A DNA stretch of 64,000 bases from the human T2T-CHM13v2.0 reference genome, Homo sapiens (GCF_009914755.1 NC_060935.1); one strand, 5' to 3'. Shown: positions 22,290 to 46,999, counted from the stretch's first letter. Notes: generated by a model not told the origin, from the letters alone. Numbers and translations: made by a program.

Positions 22290-22467
22290 CTAGGCCATGC
22301 ACGATGGTTTAGGCCTGTAATTCCAGCAGTTTGGGAGGCCATGGCGGGCGGATCACCTGAGGTCAGGAGTTTGAGACCAGCCTGACCAACATGGAGAAAC
22401 CCAGTCTCTACTAAACATACAAAATTAGCCTGGTGTGGTGGCACATGCCTATAATCCCAGCTACTCA

Positions 22468-22572
<105 letters not shown>

Positions 22573-22804
22573 TCAAATACAAACAAACAAAAACCCTTAC
22601 CTGTAAGCCATCCAGGAGTTTGGGTCTTCAGCATGAGCTGCTGGATTCTCCTTGCTTGGTGCCCTGCAACAAATGCCTCACTTTCTCTCACTGTTATCCC
22701 AGTGCCACAGTTTGGCTCTGCTACTGTGGGTGAGTGGACCACAGTTTGGTTCAAGAACATGATCAACTGCCTCGATCATAGATCCATGTGGTTCAAAACA
22801 CTTA

Positions 22805-24327
<1,523 letters not shown>

Positions 24328-24604
24328 GCAGGTTGAGTATAATGAAGCCATTCCACCAAACCCATTTTCTGAAGTCTTAGGAATCCTTTCCTGACAACCT
24401 TATACCAGGGAAGATCTGGCATTACTTTTTGAGGCAGGCTTTTGCTGTGTCACCTAGGCTGGAGTACAGTGGTGCAATCATGGCTCACTGCAGTCTTGAC
24501 TTCCAGGCTCAGGTAACTGTCTCACCTCACCCTCCTGAGTAGCTAGGACTACAGGCATGCACCACCATGCCCAGCTAATTCTTTCTTTTTTTTTTTTTTT
24601 TTGA

Positions 24605-24721
<117 letters not shown>

Positions 24722-26001
24722 TAGCTGGGACTACAGGCGCCTGCCACCATGTCCAGCTAATTTTTTGTATTTTTAGTAGAGATGGGGTTTCACCATGTTG
24801 GGCAGTATGGTCTCAATCTCTTGACCTCATGATCCACCCACCTCGGCCTCCCAAAGTGCTGGGATTACAGGCGTGAGCCACTGCGCCTGGCCTTTTATTT
24901 TGAGATGAAGTCTCGCTCTGTTGCCCAGGCTGGAGTGCAGTGGCACGATTTCGGCTCAATGCAACCTCTGCCTCCTGGGTTCAAGCAATTCTCTTCCCTC
25001 AGCCTCCTGAGTAGCCCAGGCATACACCACCATGCCTGGCTAATTTTTGTATTTTTAGCAGAGACGGGGTTTCACCATGTTGGTCAGGCTAGTCTTGAAC
25101 TCCTGACCTACTGATCCACCCACCTTGGCCTCCCAAAGTGCTGGGATTACAGGCATGAGCCACTGCACCCGACCGGTTTTTTTTGTTTTTTTTTTTTGTA
25201 TGGTTTATACACCAAAGAGGTAGAAGGTTTTGCTAATCTGTATTAGCAAAGCCTGGAGTGAAACATGTGGGAGTGAATTCTCAGTGTGTTGGATGAAAGG
25301 TGATGGAATATAAGACTTGATGGGGCCAAATTCAATAACATCGGTGCAGTCACCTGCGATTCAGAATTTAATGTTTTTTTTTTTATTTGTTTTTGTTGTT
25401 GTTGAGACAAAGTTTCACTATTGTCGTCCAGGTTGGAGTGCAATGGTGCCATCTCGGCTCACTGCAACTCTGCCTCCTGGGTTCAAGTGATTCTCCTGCC
25501 TCAGCCTTCCGAGTAGCTGGGATTACAGGCGCCCGCCACCACACCTGGCTAATTTTTGTATTTTTAGTAGAGACAGGGTTTTGCTGTGTTGGCCAGACTG
25601 GTCTTGAACTACTGACCTCAGGTGATCCACCTGCCTCAGCCTCCCAAAGGGCTGGGATTACAGGTGTGAGCCACCACGCCTGGCCAGAATTTAATGTTTT
25701 GACTGAAGCACCTGAGGCTGGTCTCTTTTTATTTTATTTTATTTATTTATTTTTTTAAGATGGAGTCTCACTCTTTCGCCCTTGCTGGAGTGCAGTGGTT
25801 CAGTCTTGCCTTACTCCAACCTCCGCCTCCTGGGTTCAAGTGATTCTCCTGCCTCAGCCTCCCGAGTAGCTGGGATTACAGGCATGCACCACCATGCCTG
25901 GCTAATTTTTGTATTTTTAGTAGAGATGGTTGCTCAGGCTGGTCTCAAACTCCTGGCCTCAGGTGATCTGTCCGCCTCGGCCTCCCAAAGTAATGGGATC
26001 A

Positions 26002-26562
<561 letters not shown>

Positions 26563-26862
26563 TAGTGATCCCCCCACCTTGGCCTCTCAAAGTGCTGGGA
26601 TTACAAGCATGAGACACTGCACCCAGCCCCTTTCTTTATATAGATACAAATTTTTGACCTATATTATTTTCCTTCTCTCTAAAGAACTTTTTAAAGCACT
26701 TCTTTCAAGGCAGGTCTATTGGCAACAAATTCCCTCAATTTCTCTTTGTTTGAAAAAGTCTACTTTTGAAGGATAATTGCACAAGGTACAGAATTCTAGT
26801 TTGGTGGTTTTTCTCTCTGAACACATTGAATATTTCACTTAGCTCTCTTCTTGCTTGATTGG

Positions 26863-27633
26863 TGATATGGTTTGGCTCTGTGTCCCCACCTAAATCTCAA
26901 CTTGAATTGTAATAATCCCCATGTGTCAGGGGTGAGACCAGGAGGAGATAATGGAATCATGGGCGGGTTTCCCTCATATCTCGTGATATTGAGTGAGTTC
27001 TCAAGAGGTCTGATGGTTTTATAAGGGGCTTTCTCCTTCGCTCGGCACTTATTCTCTCTCCTGCTGCCCTGTAAAGAGGTGTCTTCTGCCATGATTGTGT
27101 TTCCTAAGGCCTCTCCAGCCATGTGGAACTGTGAGTCACTTAAACCTCTTTTCTTTATAAATTACCCAGTCTCAGGTAATTCATAGTAGCATGAGAACAG
27201 ACTAATACAATAAATTGGTACTGGGAGTGGGTGCTGCTATAAAGATACCCAAAAATGTGGAAGCAACTTTGGAACTGGGTGCCAGGCAGAGGTTGGAACA
27301 GTTTGGAGGGCTCAGAAGAAGGCAGGAAGATGTGGGAAAGTTTGGAACTTCCTAGAGACTTGTTGAATGGCTTTGACCAAAATGCTAATAGTGATATGGA
27401 CAATGAAGTCCAGGCTGAGGTGGTCTCAGGTGGAGATGAGGAACTTGTTGGGAAGTAGAATAAAGGTGACTCTTACTTTGCTTTAGCAAAGAGACTGATG
27501 GCATTTTGTCCCTGTCCTAGACATCTGTGGAACTTTGAACTTGAGAGAGATGATTTAGGGTATCTGGTGGAAGAAATTTCTAAGCAGCAAAGTGTTGAAG
27601 AGGTGACATGGGTGCTCTTAAGAGCATTCAGTT
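26863..27633 (+). mobile_element. THE1 (THE1D-like) MaLR LTR 26863-27209 plus start of internal sequence
   Basis: TGATATGGTTTGGCTCTGTGTCCCCACC...GACTAATACA then AAATTGGTAC...GAAGCAACTTTGGAACTGGG. Confidence 0.8.
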
Positions 27634-27728
27634 AGGCTGGGCACAGTGGCTCACGCCTGTAATCCCAACGCTCTGGGAGGCCAAGGCGGGCAGATCATGA
27701 GGTCAGGAGATTGAGACCATCCTGGTCA

Positions 27729-28219
<491 letters not shown>

Positions 28220-29054
28220 TCAAACAAAACAAAACAAAACTCATAAAGGCTGGGCAAGGTGGCTCACATCTGTAGCCCCAGCACTTTGGTAGGCCGAGGC
28301 AGGTGGACCACCTGCAATCAGGAGTTCGAGACCAGCCTGGCCAACACATAGTGAAACCCCATCTCTACTAAAAAAATACAAAAATTAGCTGGGCGTGGTG
28401 GCACACATCTGTAGTCCCAGCTACTTAGGAAGCTGAGGCAGGAGAATCCCTTGAACCCAGGAGGTAGAGGTTGCAGTGAGCCAAGATTGCACCACTGCAC
28501 TCCAGCCTGGGTGACAGAGCCAGACTCCATCTCTCAAAACAAAAAAAAGGAACATCCAGTTGGGGTGGGAACTGGGGAGAAAGACTTCTGCCTTCTACTT
28601 CCTGCCAAGATGAAATAACTAATGGAAGACAGCCCGGAGAAGTCATGGTCCAATAAGGGTGCTAGGAAGCCAACGGAAAAATCATGAACAGGCTCTCGTG
28701 AAACAGTAGCTTGGGGGCACAAGTTAATGCTTTCAGGGAAATCTGCAAGTGGGACACATCCAGCTGCTGTGTTGGGATCACCCAGGGTGCTGGGGCAGAA
28801 GACCATGAGAGCTTGTCTCTTTATATCTACAGTCTCTGTGAATTCACAGCCAAATATCTGGCAGTAGGTCTAGCGTTGCTGTTGGTCAGCAGAGCTGGCA
28901 AAAAGGAGCAACAGCTAAACACAAAGCAAGTATGAGGACATGGAGCAGGGAAAAGAGCAAGGAGAAACCAGAACCTTCTGCCACATCTACGTCTGTCGCT
29001 CATCACCACTAACGATGATGATCTTCAGATTGTAATGCCTGCTGCTTCACTTCC

Positions 29055-33650
<4,596 letters not shown>

Positions 33651-33894
33651 TCTCTATTCTGTAATTAGATTAATGAGATAATGGAAAGACAACCGGGGAA
33701 TCTAAGAATCAATACTTTCCCACAGAGTCTACAAGGAAGTCTGACCTTAGACCAGACTGTACAGTACTGTTAAGTGATTTTCATATCCGTTCTCTTTGCT
33801 CCTCTGATTGAAGACATGTCCCCCCACATTCCTTTATAGACAGGGTAGTGCAGTGAAAGAACTGAATTTGGAGACAGGTTATCTGACTTGACTT

Positions 33895-35400
<1,506 letters not shown>

Positions 35401-36015
35401 TATGATCCATTTTGAGTTTTTATAGAAGGCACAAGGAATGGGTGAAAGATTTTTTGCAACATATTCAATATCACTTATTGAAGACTCTATTTTCTTCATT
35501 GAATGGCCTTTGCACTGTCAAAAATCAACTATATTTGTGTGGGTCTATTTTTCGGCTATTCTGTTCCATCAATACATGTCTATCCTTTTGCTAATACGTT
35601 ACTGCATCTTTATATTGAGTCCAAATCAGGTAGTGACTCCTCCAATTTCTTCCTATTACAGAATTGTTACAGCATAATTTGCCTTCCCATATAAATTTTA
35701 CTACTTTAGAGAGGTCTATGTTGCCCAGGCTGGCCTGGAACCCCTGGGCTCCACTGATGTTCCCATTTTATCCTCCTGAATAGCTGGGACTATAGGTGAA
35801 TGCCAACACACCCAGCATTCCACGTTATTTTATAGAATCAGCTTGTGGGTATTTACAAAAAAGCCTATTGGGATTGACTGGAAATGCATTGACCCTCTGG
35901 ACCAAATTGGTGAAACTCAAGATTTATTCTTCCAGTCCATGAACCATGGCATCTCCATTTATCTAGGTCTGATTTTTCTGTCAGTTTATTTTGTAGCTCC
36001 AGCATATAGGTATTG

Positions 36016-36345
36016 CAGTTGTTTGCCCCTTGGTATCCATGGGGGTTGGTTCCAGGATTCCACCCTCCCTTGCAAATACCCAAACCCTCAGATGCTCAAG
36101 TCCCTTATATAAAATGATGTAGTGTTTGCGTATAATCTCTGGACATCATCTTGCACACTTTGTCATTTCCAGATTACTCGTATCTAGTGCAATAAGTGCT
36201 ACGTAGATAGTTGTTATACTGTAGTTCAGAGAACAAGAAAAATCTGTACATACTCAGTACAGACCCAACCATTGTAGGCCTAACACTTTTGGTCTGCAGT
36301 TGACTAAATGTGCAGACGTAAAACCCAGATACAGGGGACTGACTC
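36016..36345. mobile_element. MER2 (Tigger-derived) element within old L1 fragments (~34990-36010)
   Basis: CCCTTGGTATCCATGGGG...TTCCAGGA...GATGCTCAAGTCCCTTATATAAAATG. Confidence 0.7.
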
Positions 36346-36845
36346 TATTTTCTTAGTTATACTTAAGCATTTCTTTGGGTAGAGAGGTAGTGAGAGTGAT
36401 GTGCTCAACTTTAAGTGTCTGCTTTTCCCAACTTTTATTTCCCAATCTTTTATTTCATCAGTGGTTTGTAGTTCTCAGCATATGAATTCCATTCATACTG
36501 TTAAGATGTAGTATGCCTTGGTTTTGGGGGTATGTTCAGCTTTACATTTGAGAACAATTGTAGGAGGTGGTAATTACTGATGTATTTGGACATATTATGG
36601 ACCACATCTCCCCTCTTCCCAACCGATTATCTTGGTTCTCCATTTAGGCTGTGAAATCTGACAGCATGGTGGAACAGTATCTACAACAGATGAAGGGGCT
36701 CTGAATTCAACTGGGCTTCACAGGAATGATGGGTTGAGAAATGTCTGTTTCACAGTATGAATTACCTGAGCAAAATGCTCAGATTCCTATGCACACAGCT
36801 GCTACTAAGGACATACCACACACACATTTGGAGTTCCAGTGGGCT

Positions 36846-36851
36846 TTTATT
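36846..36851 (-). terminator. DDX6 distal polyadenylation signal AATAAA with downstream GU-rich element
   Basis: Minus-strand AATAAA followed ~20-35 nt later by TGTGTGTGTGGTATGT. Confidence 0.75.
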
Positions 36852-39800
36852 GAGATAAATTAACAAAAACCAAGATTTTACCATATTTTTGGAACCTTAT
36901 AAACTCAGCAGACTCCGGTCCATATATGCGTACATACAACATAACACATCCCAACAAAAACAGAGCCCCCCCCCCCCCCCACTGGAACATCTGCCAATTA
37001 AGAGAAAGCCAATTTTCCCTTCCCCCAATGTTTCTGAAATTTTGAGTTCCCACTGTTCACTTCTCAGTGGAACTGGTCCCTTGTGGCTAGGGACATTGGA
37101 ATTCTCTACCATTTTTACTGAACAAAAAATAATTTTTTTTCCTGTTTCAAAAAAGGGAATAGTGACTTTGTTTTCTCCAGGCTCCCCTTCCCACACAACC
37201 AATGTAAAATACAGCAGCCTGTATCTTAATAACCCAGCCCTACCCCCTCCCTTACCCAGCATTGTCTACTGGAGAATTTAAATACACTTCTGTTGGAATC
37301 TGTCAGCTGTGGATGGGCAGAGTCCAGGTGCCAGGCTAGCTCCCTCTGACCTCATGAACTGTGACAACCTTTGGACACTTAACTCTTTACCCCAAAGATG
37401 AGTTTTTAGATCAGAAAGGAGAGCAGATTTTCTTTGGGAGTTTTAAAAAACTATCTTTAGATTTAGAGATACAAAGTACAACTACAATCTCACAGAAGTC
37501 CACTAAAGTTCACCAAAAAGCTGACTTACTTCAGCTCTCATGAGGCCAATAATTTTGATAAAGGTATCTGGCAGGAAAATGATTCCACAATAACAAATTT
37601 AAAGATACCTAGAACATTGAAAAAAATAGCAAATTAAAATAAATGGCTTAATTTCCAAGAACTTATTTCATTTTTTTGTTACTCATCTAGAAGGTCAGGA
37701 GTGTGGCTAAAGGCAGTTTCTGATGAGGTTATGAGCTTCCAAAGTGTTTCTAAATCCTTAGTGCAGACACCCTCCCTTCTGGGGCAAAGTACCCTCCCTC
37801 CCACCCCTATTAAAAAAAAAAATTAAAAAATTAAACCACGTCATCAGAATGAGATGTTTTGATTCCAACAATTTATACTCAAGGCTTTGTGCTGAGTTGT
37901 CGTTTGAACCAAGCATGATGTTATCAAGCACAAAGCACGTGGCAAAGGAAAGATGCTCCCATCTCATTCTGAAAACAAATACTGATAACCAAGCCCACCC
38001 TCCAACCCTTTGGGGCCAACCCATTTTATGCTGCTGGGACCAACTTCAAACAATTTAGAGGTATATTTAGGTTTCCCTCTCTCTTACTTCTGTGAAAGAT
38101 CATTTTAGAATAAATGTATTCCATTCCTATGGGAGAGGCAAAACAGTATTTATCCCCATCAGAATATATGGGGAAAGAAAAAACATAGGCCTAGAGGTGG
38201 TAAGGTGTGTAACAGTCCATAGCCCATTACACAACTGTACAACCAAAGGCTAAATGATGAGTTGGATGTAGTTTTAATATTAAAAATAGAGGGTAGTTCT
38301 CATCCAAATGAGCCACTGGAAAATATTATCATTACTTAAAAAAATACATATTTAATATTGGAAAGAATGTGAAAACAACTTCCAATAGTAACAATGCTTA
38401 TTATGAGGGCCCAAAAAAGAAAGAAAAAAAAAAAAAAAAAAAAAAAGACCAGGCTTTGACCTAGTCCTCAGAGCATCTTTCCATTTAACAATTCCTATTC
38501 AAGAGTCAAGCACCAAAACTGGACAGCTGCCTCTACAAGACCGTGTCCAGTAGTGGTGTCCCAGATAGTTTAAGTGCCACTCCTCATTAGAGGCTATACT
38601 TCAGTAATACTTTCCATTTTAAGTCTGTGCTTTAAGAGGGACCCACAGGCATGTGGCACCACGCAGTCTAAAGTTGGTGAAGGAGACTGCACTTTTTGTT
38701 TAGTCACCCACACGTTCTCTAGCGAGATACAGAATTGCATTTATACTCTTTTCTTCTACATGAATGATCCCTCTTATCTCGCAAGAGGTGGGGGAGAAAG
38801 AGAGCTGCATCGGTACAAGGGCACAATTTTTTTGGTCAAAAGTTGACACCTTTTAAATTCCCTCTCCCACCCCTCCCTGGAAAAAAGTTACTTCCTTAAT
38901 TAGGTTTTCTATTTAGTAACCAACATTGACTGGACAGAAAATATGAGGCTTGGGTTCCAAATAGATGAGCTTGTTCTTTTTTGGGTTTGTACCGTGCAGT
39001 TCTTGCTACAGTTGTTAAGGAGTTAGGGCTATGTCCCATCAGGAGGCATCTGTAGGATTTTGATCTCCAAGGAATTGTGGGTGAGTCGCAAATAGTTTGC
39101 TCAGAAGTAGGCAGAGTCAAAAAAGCAACTTCAAGTAATTGATTCCTTTGTCCAAAAGAGTTAAAACATTAAAGTATATGCGGGACTTATTTTGTAATAT
39201 TTTAGGGTTTTGAAAAATAAAATATGGAAATCAATTTTTTTTAATTTTGTTTTTTGCTTTTTTCCCCCCCTTTCCAGATGCCTCCTGATTGACCTAGTAC
39301 ACTGGGTTAAAAGGGAATTAAAAACATTAAAAAAAAAAGTTCACTGGTTTTGATTCATCTCACTCCTTTTGCCTGGAGATCAGGCCAAACATCAAGCATG
39401 TTGGGAGGGGCACAATTTAAAGCAACACTATTGACTGTAAAGCATCTGCCAGCAATTTACAGTGCAAAATGACAGGTAACAATTCTTGTCACAATGCAAG
39501 AGAATGGCAAGCAGCTTTCTGTAGCATGAAAGTTAACAGCTCTCAGGTTGCCCATTCCTGCAAAAGTTTATGTATCAAAGCGGGCAGAGGGCAACACATT
39601 TACACACTACAGGAAATGATCCACAGAAAATTAAGCTCCAGAACTGCTAACATTACCAAAGCTGGTACTGGCTAATATTCTGAAATGCAAATCTGTGCTT
39701 TATATATATACTGCTCAATGACACTGCCACTCAATAGAATTCCTACACTGCAAGGTAGATTAATCTTTGCCCCCTGTTGCAGAGCTTGAAATATTCCTCA

Positions 39801-40119
39801 AACTTTTAGAAAGGGGGAAGAAGCAAAATCAGAGCTTCTCAAAATAAATGTTGAATTATCAATGTTTTGAAGCTTCCTTGCTCTCTCTGGTAAACCTACT
39901 CCAAAGGTACTAGATGAGACAGTGTGGCAGCAAACAGTACATCCCAGATTTCTGGGCCCCTTTACTAACACAGGGTACCATAGAAATCTGCTCTCTACAG
40001 CACGAGGCCAAAGTACTTTCTAGAATTTAGTGTTGCGTAAAACTGAGCCCCTCTCATCTTTAGCTGCTCCCATAATCACTCTAATCCCCTTAATCCCAGC
40101 AACCTTCATCCAAAAAAAA

Positions 40120-40150
<31 letters not shown>

Positions 40151-40155
40151 TATAT
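40120..40155. repeat. (TA)n microsatellite in the DDX6 3'UTR
   Basis: Direct read, one G interruption. Confidence 0.9.
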
Positions 40156-41833
40156 GAACCCAGAAAAAAAACTTATTTACAAAGTTTATACAAGTATACA
40201 CACCCAATTTTCTATGGGACACGCTTTGCCACAGAGGAAAGAGGGCCAAGGCTCTGACATGTCTACACATCAAGTGCCATACTACTACTGGAGGCATATG
40301 TAACCCAGTCTTTAGTGTCTGCTATAGAGCACAAAGGCTTGTCATATGGCTCCTGCAATGATAGACTGCTCTTTCCTTTGGGAGCGATGATGTTTTTTAT
40401 CTACTCAGCCCAGAAGAAATTTTTACTTGGGATTGTTTTTTTAAATACATGTATTTACAGTGCGGATGAACTGCAGTTGCATATCAACTCCTCCCCAAAA
40501 AGAAAAAAAAAATGGTGTTTAACATTACTAGTGAGTTTCAACTTCTAGCCCTGGGCTCGAGTACTGGGTAGAAAGGGAAGAGACTTCAACCTGAAACCAA
40601 AATAAGAAGACATTTTTTAAAAGAAAAAGAAAAAAAAACGGAAAGAAAGAGTTACTATTGTTGATTCCTCGGGCTGTGTCTAAAAGATGATATTCTGAAT
40701 GGTCTCATAGCATAAGGCACTTCGCACAAATAAGTAATAAGCTCTTCAGGCTTAAAAAACGGATGAGGAATCAGGGAGAAGTTGAAATGCACGAGAGTCA
40801 GCTGTTGGAGAATTTTGAAATCATTGACAAGCTTGTGTGTTCATTAAGATTCTTCTCTTTTTAGGGTTTCTCCCCTTCTCTTCTTTCTTTTCCTTCCTTG
40901 TCCCCTTTCCCCAGAAAACATTTTTTAAAAACCAGCAGTTAGTGCAACTAATGTTCAGTCAGCACACAGTGCAAACAAGTGGAACAAAAAAGGTATATTC
41001 CTTCTTTTCAGCCTTTTTCTCTTCACCAGTTAAAAAAAGAAAATGTCTGAGCTCTTTTAAGTCTTCATAGTTCCAAAATAAAAGATGAAAAACCCACAAA
41101 GAGAAGAGCATTCCCCCCAAAACGATGTGTCACAGATCCAAACGAGCCTTTTGTAATTTGTCAAAGCCTACAGAAGAAGAGAATACAAAATTAACATTCT
41201 GAAAGCAACACAAACTAGGATACATAGGTTTTCACAATCCTCATCCCAAATGCTCTTTTCTAGTAGTTTCTACTAACCCTGTGCCTACTATAGAATCTAC
41301 TGGTTATAGGATTAAATAATTTCTGGTAGGCAACCCTGAGATAGATTGGGGGCCTGAATGAATGTGAATGTTCTGATAGCAGGCAGCCCTCACTCGTAAC
41401 AAATCCGGGGGAAAAAAATTAACCTTACACAAACTGAATACTCTGCCAAAGTACTAGCAAACATTGGCTAGTTTCATGCTTGTCCAAGAGTTTGTGTTTG
41501 ATGTTTAACTTAAGGAAAAAAAGAGTACAGAGTAATTTAAAAATTATTTAAGTAACAATTGGTTGGGTGAGGTGGCTCCTGCCAGTAATCTCAGCACTCT
41601 GGGAGGCTGAGGTGGGCGGATCACCTGAGGTCAGGAGTTTGAGACCAGCCTGGCCAACATGGTAAATCCTCGTCTCTATTTAAAAAAGAAAGAGAAAAAA
41701 AATTTAAGTAACATTAGGTTACTTAAATAGGTAAGATGTTCACCTATAACTTGGAAACTATCCTTTGTCAAATCAGATTTTCTTTAGGAAATACTGAAAC
41801 AACCTACCTTGCTTAAAGCTGAGCCTTGTTTCA

Positions 41834-42049
<216 letters not shown>

Positions 42050-42089
42050 TTATTTATGTATTTGACGGAGTTTCACTCTTATTACCTAG

Positions 42090-42278
<189 letters not shown>

Positions 42279-42383
42279 TAGTGGACACGGGGTCTCACCA
42301 GGTTGGCCAGGCTGGTCTTGAAGTCCTGACCTCAGGTAATCCACCCACCTCGGCCTCCCAAAGTGCTGGGATTACAGGTGTGA

Positions 42384-42644
<261 letters not shown>

Positions 42645-43781
42645 TGATCCGCCCACCTCGGCCTCCCAAAGTACTGGGATTACAGGTGTGAGCCACCGCA
42701 CCCGGCCCAGAGTGGGTATTTTAAAAAGATGGCCATCCTCATAATCTGATTAAACATTTGCTAATAAGGTATTATGGATAGTTTTATCAGAGTGATTAAT
42801 GTACTTACTAGAAATTAAGAGTAAATGCTAAAAACATTTTACATTTTCAGAAATGTAAATACTTTCATATTCAAAACTGCTGGCAGTGTGGTGGCTCACA
42901 CCTGTAATCCCAGCCTCCCTTTAGGAGGCTGAGGCGGGTAGATCACTTGAGGTCAGGAGTTCAAGACCAACCTGGCCAACATGGTGAAACTCCAACTCTA
43001 CTAAAAAATACAAAAATTAGCTGGGCATGGTGGAGCATGCCTGTAATTCCAGCTACTTGGGAGGCTGAGGTGCACCAGAATCGCTTGAACCTGGGAGGCA
43101 GAGGTTGCAGTGGGCCGTGATTGTGCCACTGTACTCCAGCCTGGGCAACAGAGCAAGACTCTCAAAAAACAAAAACAACAAAAATCCCCCCTACAAAACT
43201 GTCAAAAAAGGCCAGGCACAGTGGCACAGTGGCTTGCGCCTATAATCCTAACACTTTGGGAAGCCAAGGCAGGAGGACTGCTGGAGTTCAGGAGTTCTGG
43301 ACCAGCCTAGGCAACAAAGCAAGACCTTGTTTCTACCAAAAATTTAAAACATTAGGCAGGCGTGGTGGCATGTGCCTACAGTTCCAGCTACTCAGGAGCC
43401 CAGGAGAACCAGGCTGCAGTGAGCTATGATTGCACCACTGCACTCCAGCCTGGATGACAGTGAGACCTTGTCTCAAAAAGAAAAACAAATTGCTGAAAAA
43501 CATTCTTTTTTGCTTTCATTATTTTAGGACTCTGAATTTAAGTACTGCTAATCTACCACATTACCCGGGAAGCTGCATTCAAGAACAACATTTACAGATT
43601 CTCGAATGAGACTACAACCTCCCACAAGAGATATTATTTACTGTCATTTATGCTAGTGGGTATTTTACCCTTTATTGCTATTATATATGGTGTGACATCA
43701 AATTTCCCCCAGGAAAGAAGATTTTGATTTCCCTCATTTAAAGGTTCCTCTTAGCTGTTCTGTCAGGGACGTACATGCTTG

Positions 43782-44021
<240 letters not shown>

Positions 44022-44391
44022 TCAAGCAGTGGCAAAACCACACAGGATTGATAATGATGTTCAGTGCCATTCTTAGTATGCAAAACAACTTCTTAATGGT
44101 CTTCAAACACAGGTTTCCCTACAACTTCAGGTTTCGCAGCCCAAAATAGTACTTCATTTCACCTTTCTCAAATGACAAAATGGCAGTCAAAACTGCCATA
44201 AAATACACATTAAACAACAGTCACAGAACATACCACCTAATGAGTGAAGTTCTCATGTGTTAATTTCATCTCAAATTAAGCAGTTATTTTAACTTTTCTT
44301 AATAAATGCTACAGAAGAATTAGAAATTAGTCTTAAATACCAAACAACTGAATTACTGTTAATTCACTGTTCTCATAGCTACTGTACTCTA

Positions 44392-44574
<183 letters not shown>

Positions 44575-45255
44575 TTAAAAAAAAAAAGATAATTTTCATT
44601 TTTTCAATTTAGAAATGTCTCTCAGTACAATACTAACACATATTTCTAGCATAACCTAAGTTTATTAATTTAATTCAGTTATTCAAATGCATTTGCACAT
44701 TACTGGCATTACCTTTCATAATCACATTATCATAAATAACTTTCTGCTCCCAAGTTACTTTTTTCCAGTAATTGTAAGCAAGTTTTAAAAAATGTGTCTA
44801 AAAGAGGCTGGGTGCACTCAAGCCTGTAATCCCAGCACTTTGGGAGACCAAAGCAGGAAGATCACCTGAGGTCAGGAGTTCGAGACCAGCCTGGCCAACA
44901 TGGTGAAATCCCTGTCTCTACCAAAAATACAAAAATTAGCCGGGCTAAGCGGTAGCAGGCGCCCACAATCCCAGCTACTTGGGAGGCTGAGGCAGGAGAA
45001 TCACTTGAACCCAGGAGGTGGAGGTTTCAGAGAGCCAAGATCGCACCACTGCACTCCAGCCTGGGTGACAAAGATTCCATCCCCCTCCCCCCCCCCCCCA
45101 AAAAAAAGACAGAGATGAGGTATGAGTGCCAGAGTAAGTCTTCTAAAGTTTCAGATATGGAACCCAGTATCAGGAGCTGACAAGAGTTCATTTTCAACTT
45201 CAGAAATCCTAGAAGTAGTGGTAGGGTGTGTCGGACTATGTCACAGGTTGCACTA

Positions 45256-45393
<138 letters not shown>

Positions 45394-45746
45394 CTAGGAG
45401 AAAGCAATGTATTCCATTTGATTAACACTCATATACAGCCCCAAATTTCCCATAATTATTTCTCCCAGACGATCAGTTCTACCCAAAATCTGTTTATAAG
45501 TGATCCATGATATTAAGCTGCTTTCAAAACCAAATGAGTTAAGTTCTTGATATCTTCGTCTACAGAAACTGTTTACTTACGAAATTTCATAATGTAGTTA
45601 ACAAAAAAGTCATTTTTGTTACAGTTTTAAATTATTTTTTGCTAAATCAAATTCTGAAATTTAGATATTGTATCTTTTTCTAAAGGCAAACAGTAAAGAA
45701 AAAAAGAAAAATCAGCCAGCTGAGGGGCCATATTTAAAAATCCAGA

Positions 45747-45930
45747 GCAGTGCTGTCCAGTAAAACTTCTATAATAAAGGAAATATTTGTGTCTGTACTT
45801 CCAATTCCAATACACTATCCAGTAGCAACAGGTGCCTAACTGAGCACTTGAAATGTGGCTGTGATTGAGAAACTGACTTTTTATTTTAATTTTAACTGAT
45901 TTAAATTGCCACATGTGGCTATTTACTGTA
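45747..45930. mobile_element. MER3/MER33-like hAT MITE
   Basis: CAGTGCTGTCCAGTA...GAGCACTTGAAATGTGGCT...GCCACATGTGGCTA. Confidence 0.6.
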
Positions 45931-46210
45931 TTAAACAGAGAATTAAACATGGAAAGGAAGGGAAGAATAAAATTTTACATTTGTATCATGCCTGACAGCT
46001 TCCAAAGTACTCATTTAAACATTTATCTTAATTTTCCTAACAACCTTGTAAGTTATGAATATGTACTATTATCCCTATTTTATTGCTAGAAAATTGAACC
46101 TGAGGGAGGTCAAAATGAAAGGTCCTTTGGCTACTAAGGAACAGTTTATTCTTAAACTCAGGACATTTAAAAGAACATTAAAACAAAATAAAGAAAGAGA
46201 TTTCTTATTA

Positions 46211-46450
<240 letters not shown>

Positions 46451-46615
46451 TTAACATGGTCTAAAACTTAGAATCTCATGATATGAGAGAGATGGTAAAT
46501 TGTAAAAATTGTAAATAATAGATGGAAGATAATAATATCTAAGATTTACCGTATTAGAGTATATTTCTTAAGGGCCACATAACTGTCAACAAGAGTAATA
46601 CAATTGATTATCTGA

Positions 46616-46879
<264 letters not shown>

Positions 46880-46999
46880 TGAACTCTTGACCTCAGGTGA
46901 TCTGCCCACTTCGGCTTCCCAAAGTGCTGGGATTACAGGTATGAGCTACTGTGCCCAGCCAAGAATACCTTCTTTAATATACTCACAACCAATGCCACC

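Larger units (their letters stand above)
36825..41167 (-). other. DDX6: DDX6 terminal non-coding exon (~4.3 kb 3'UTR)
   Basis: Polypyrimidine tract + ctgtag acceptor at 41169-41168; Alu-free, U-rich sequence; AATAAA at 36851-36846; 3' end approximate. Confidence 0.85.

Noticed and set aside
28555-29050. Unique-looking segment that might be a processed pseudogene
   Set aside because: No recognisable protein, tail or TSD; more likely old LTR-class sequence adjoining the ERVL relic; family not assignable by eye
36847-37281. Overlapping 121-130 aa ORFs on both strands
   Set aside because: Lie in the DDX6 3'UTR, use non-ATG or weak starts, low complexity, no domain similarity
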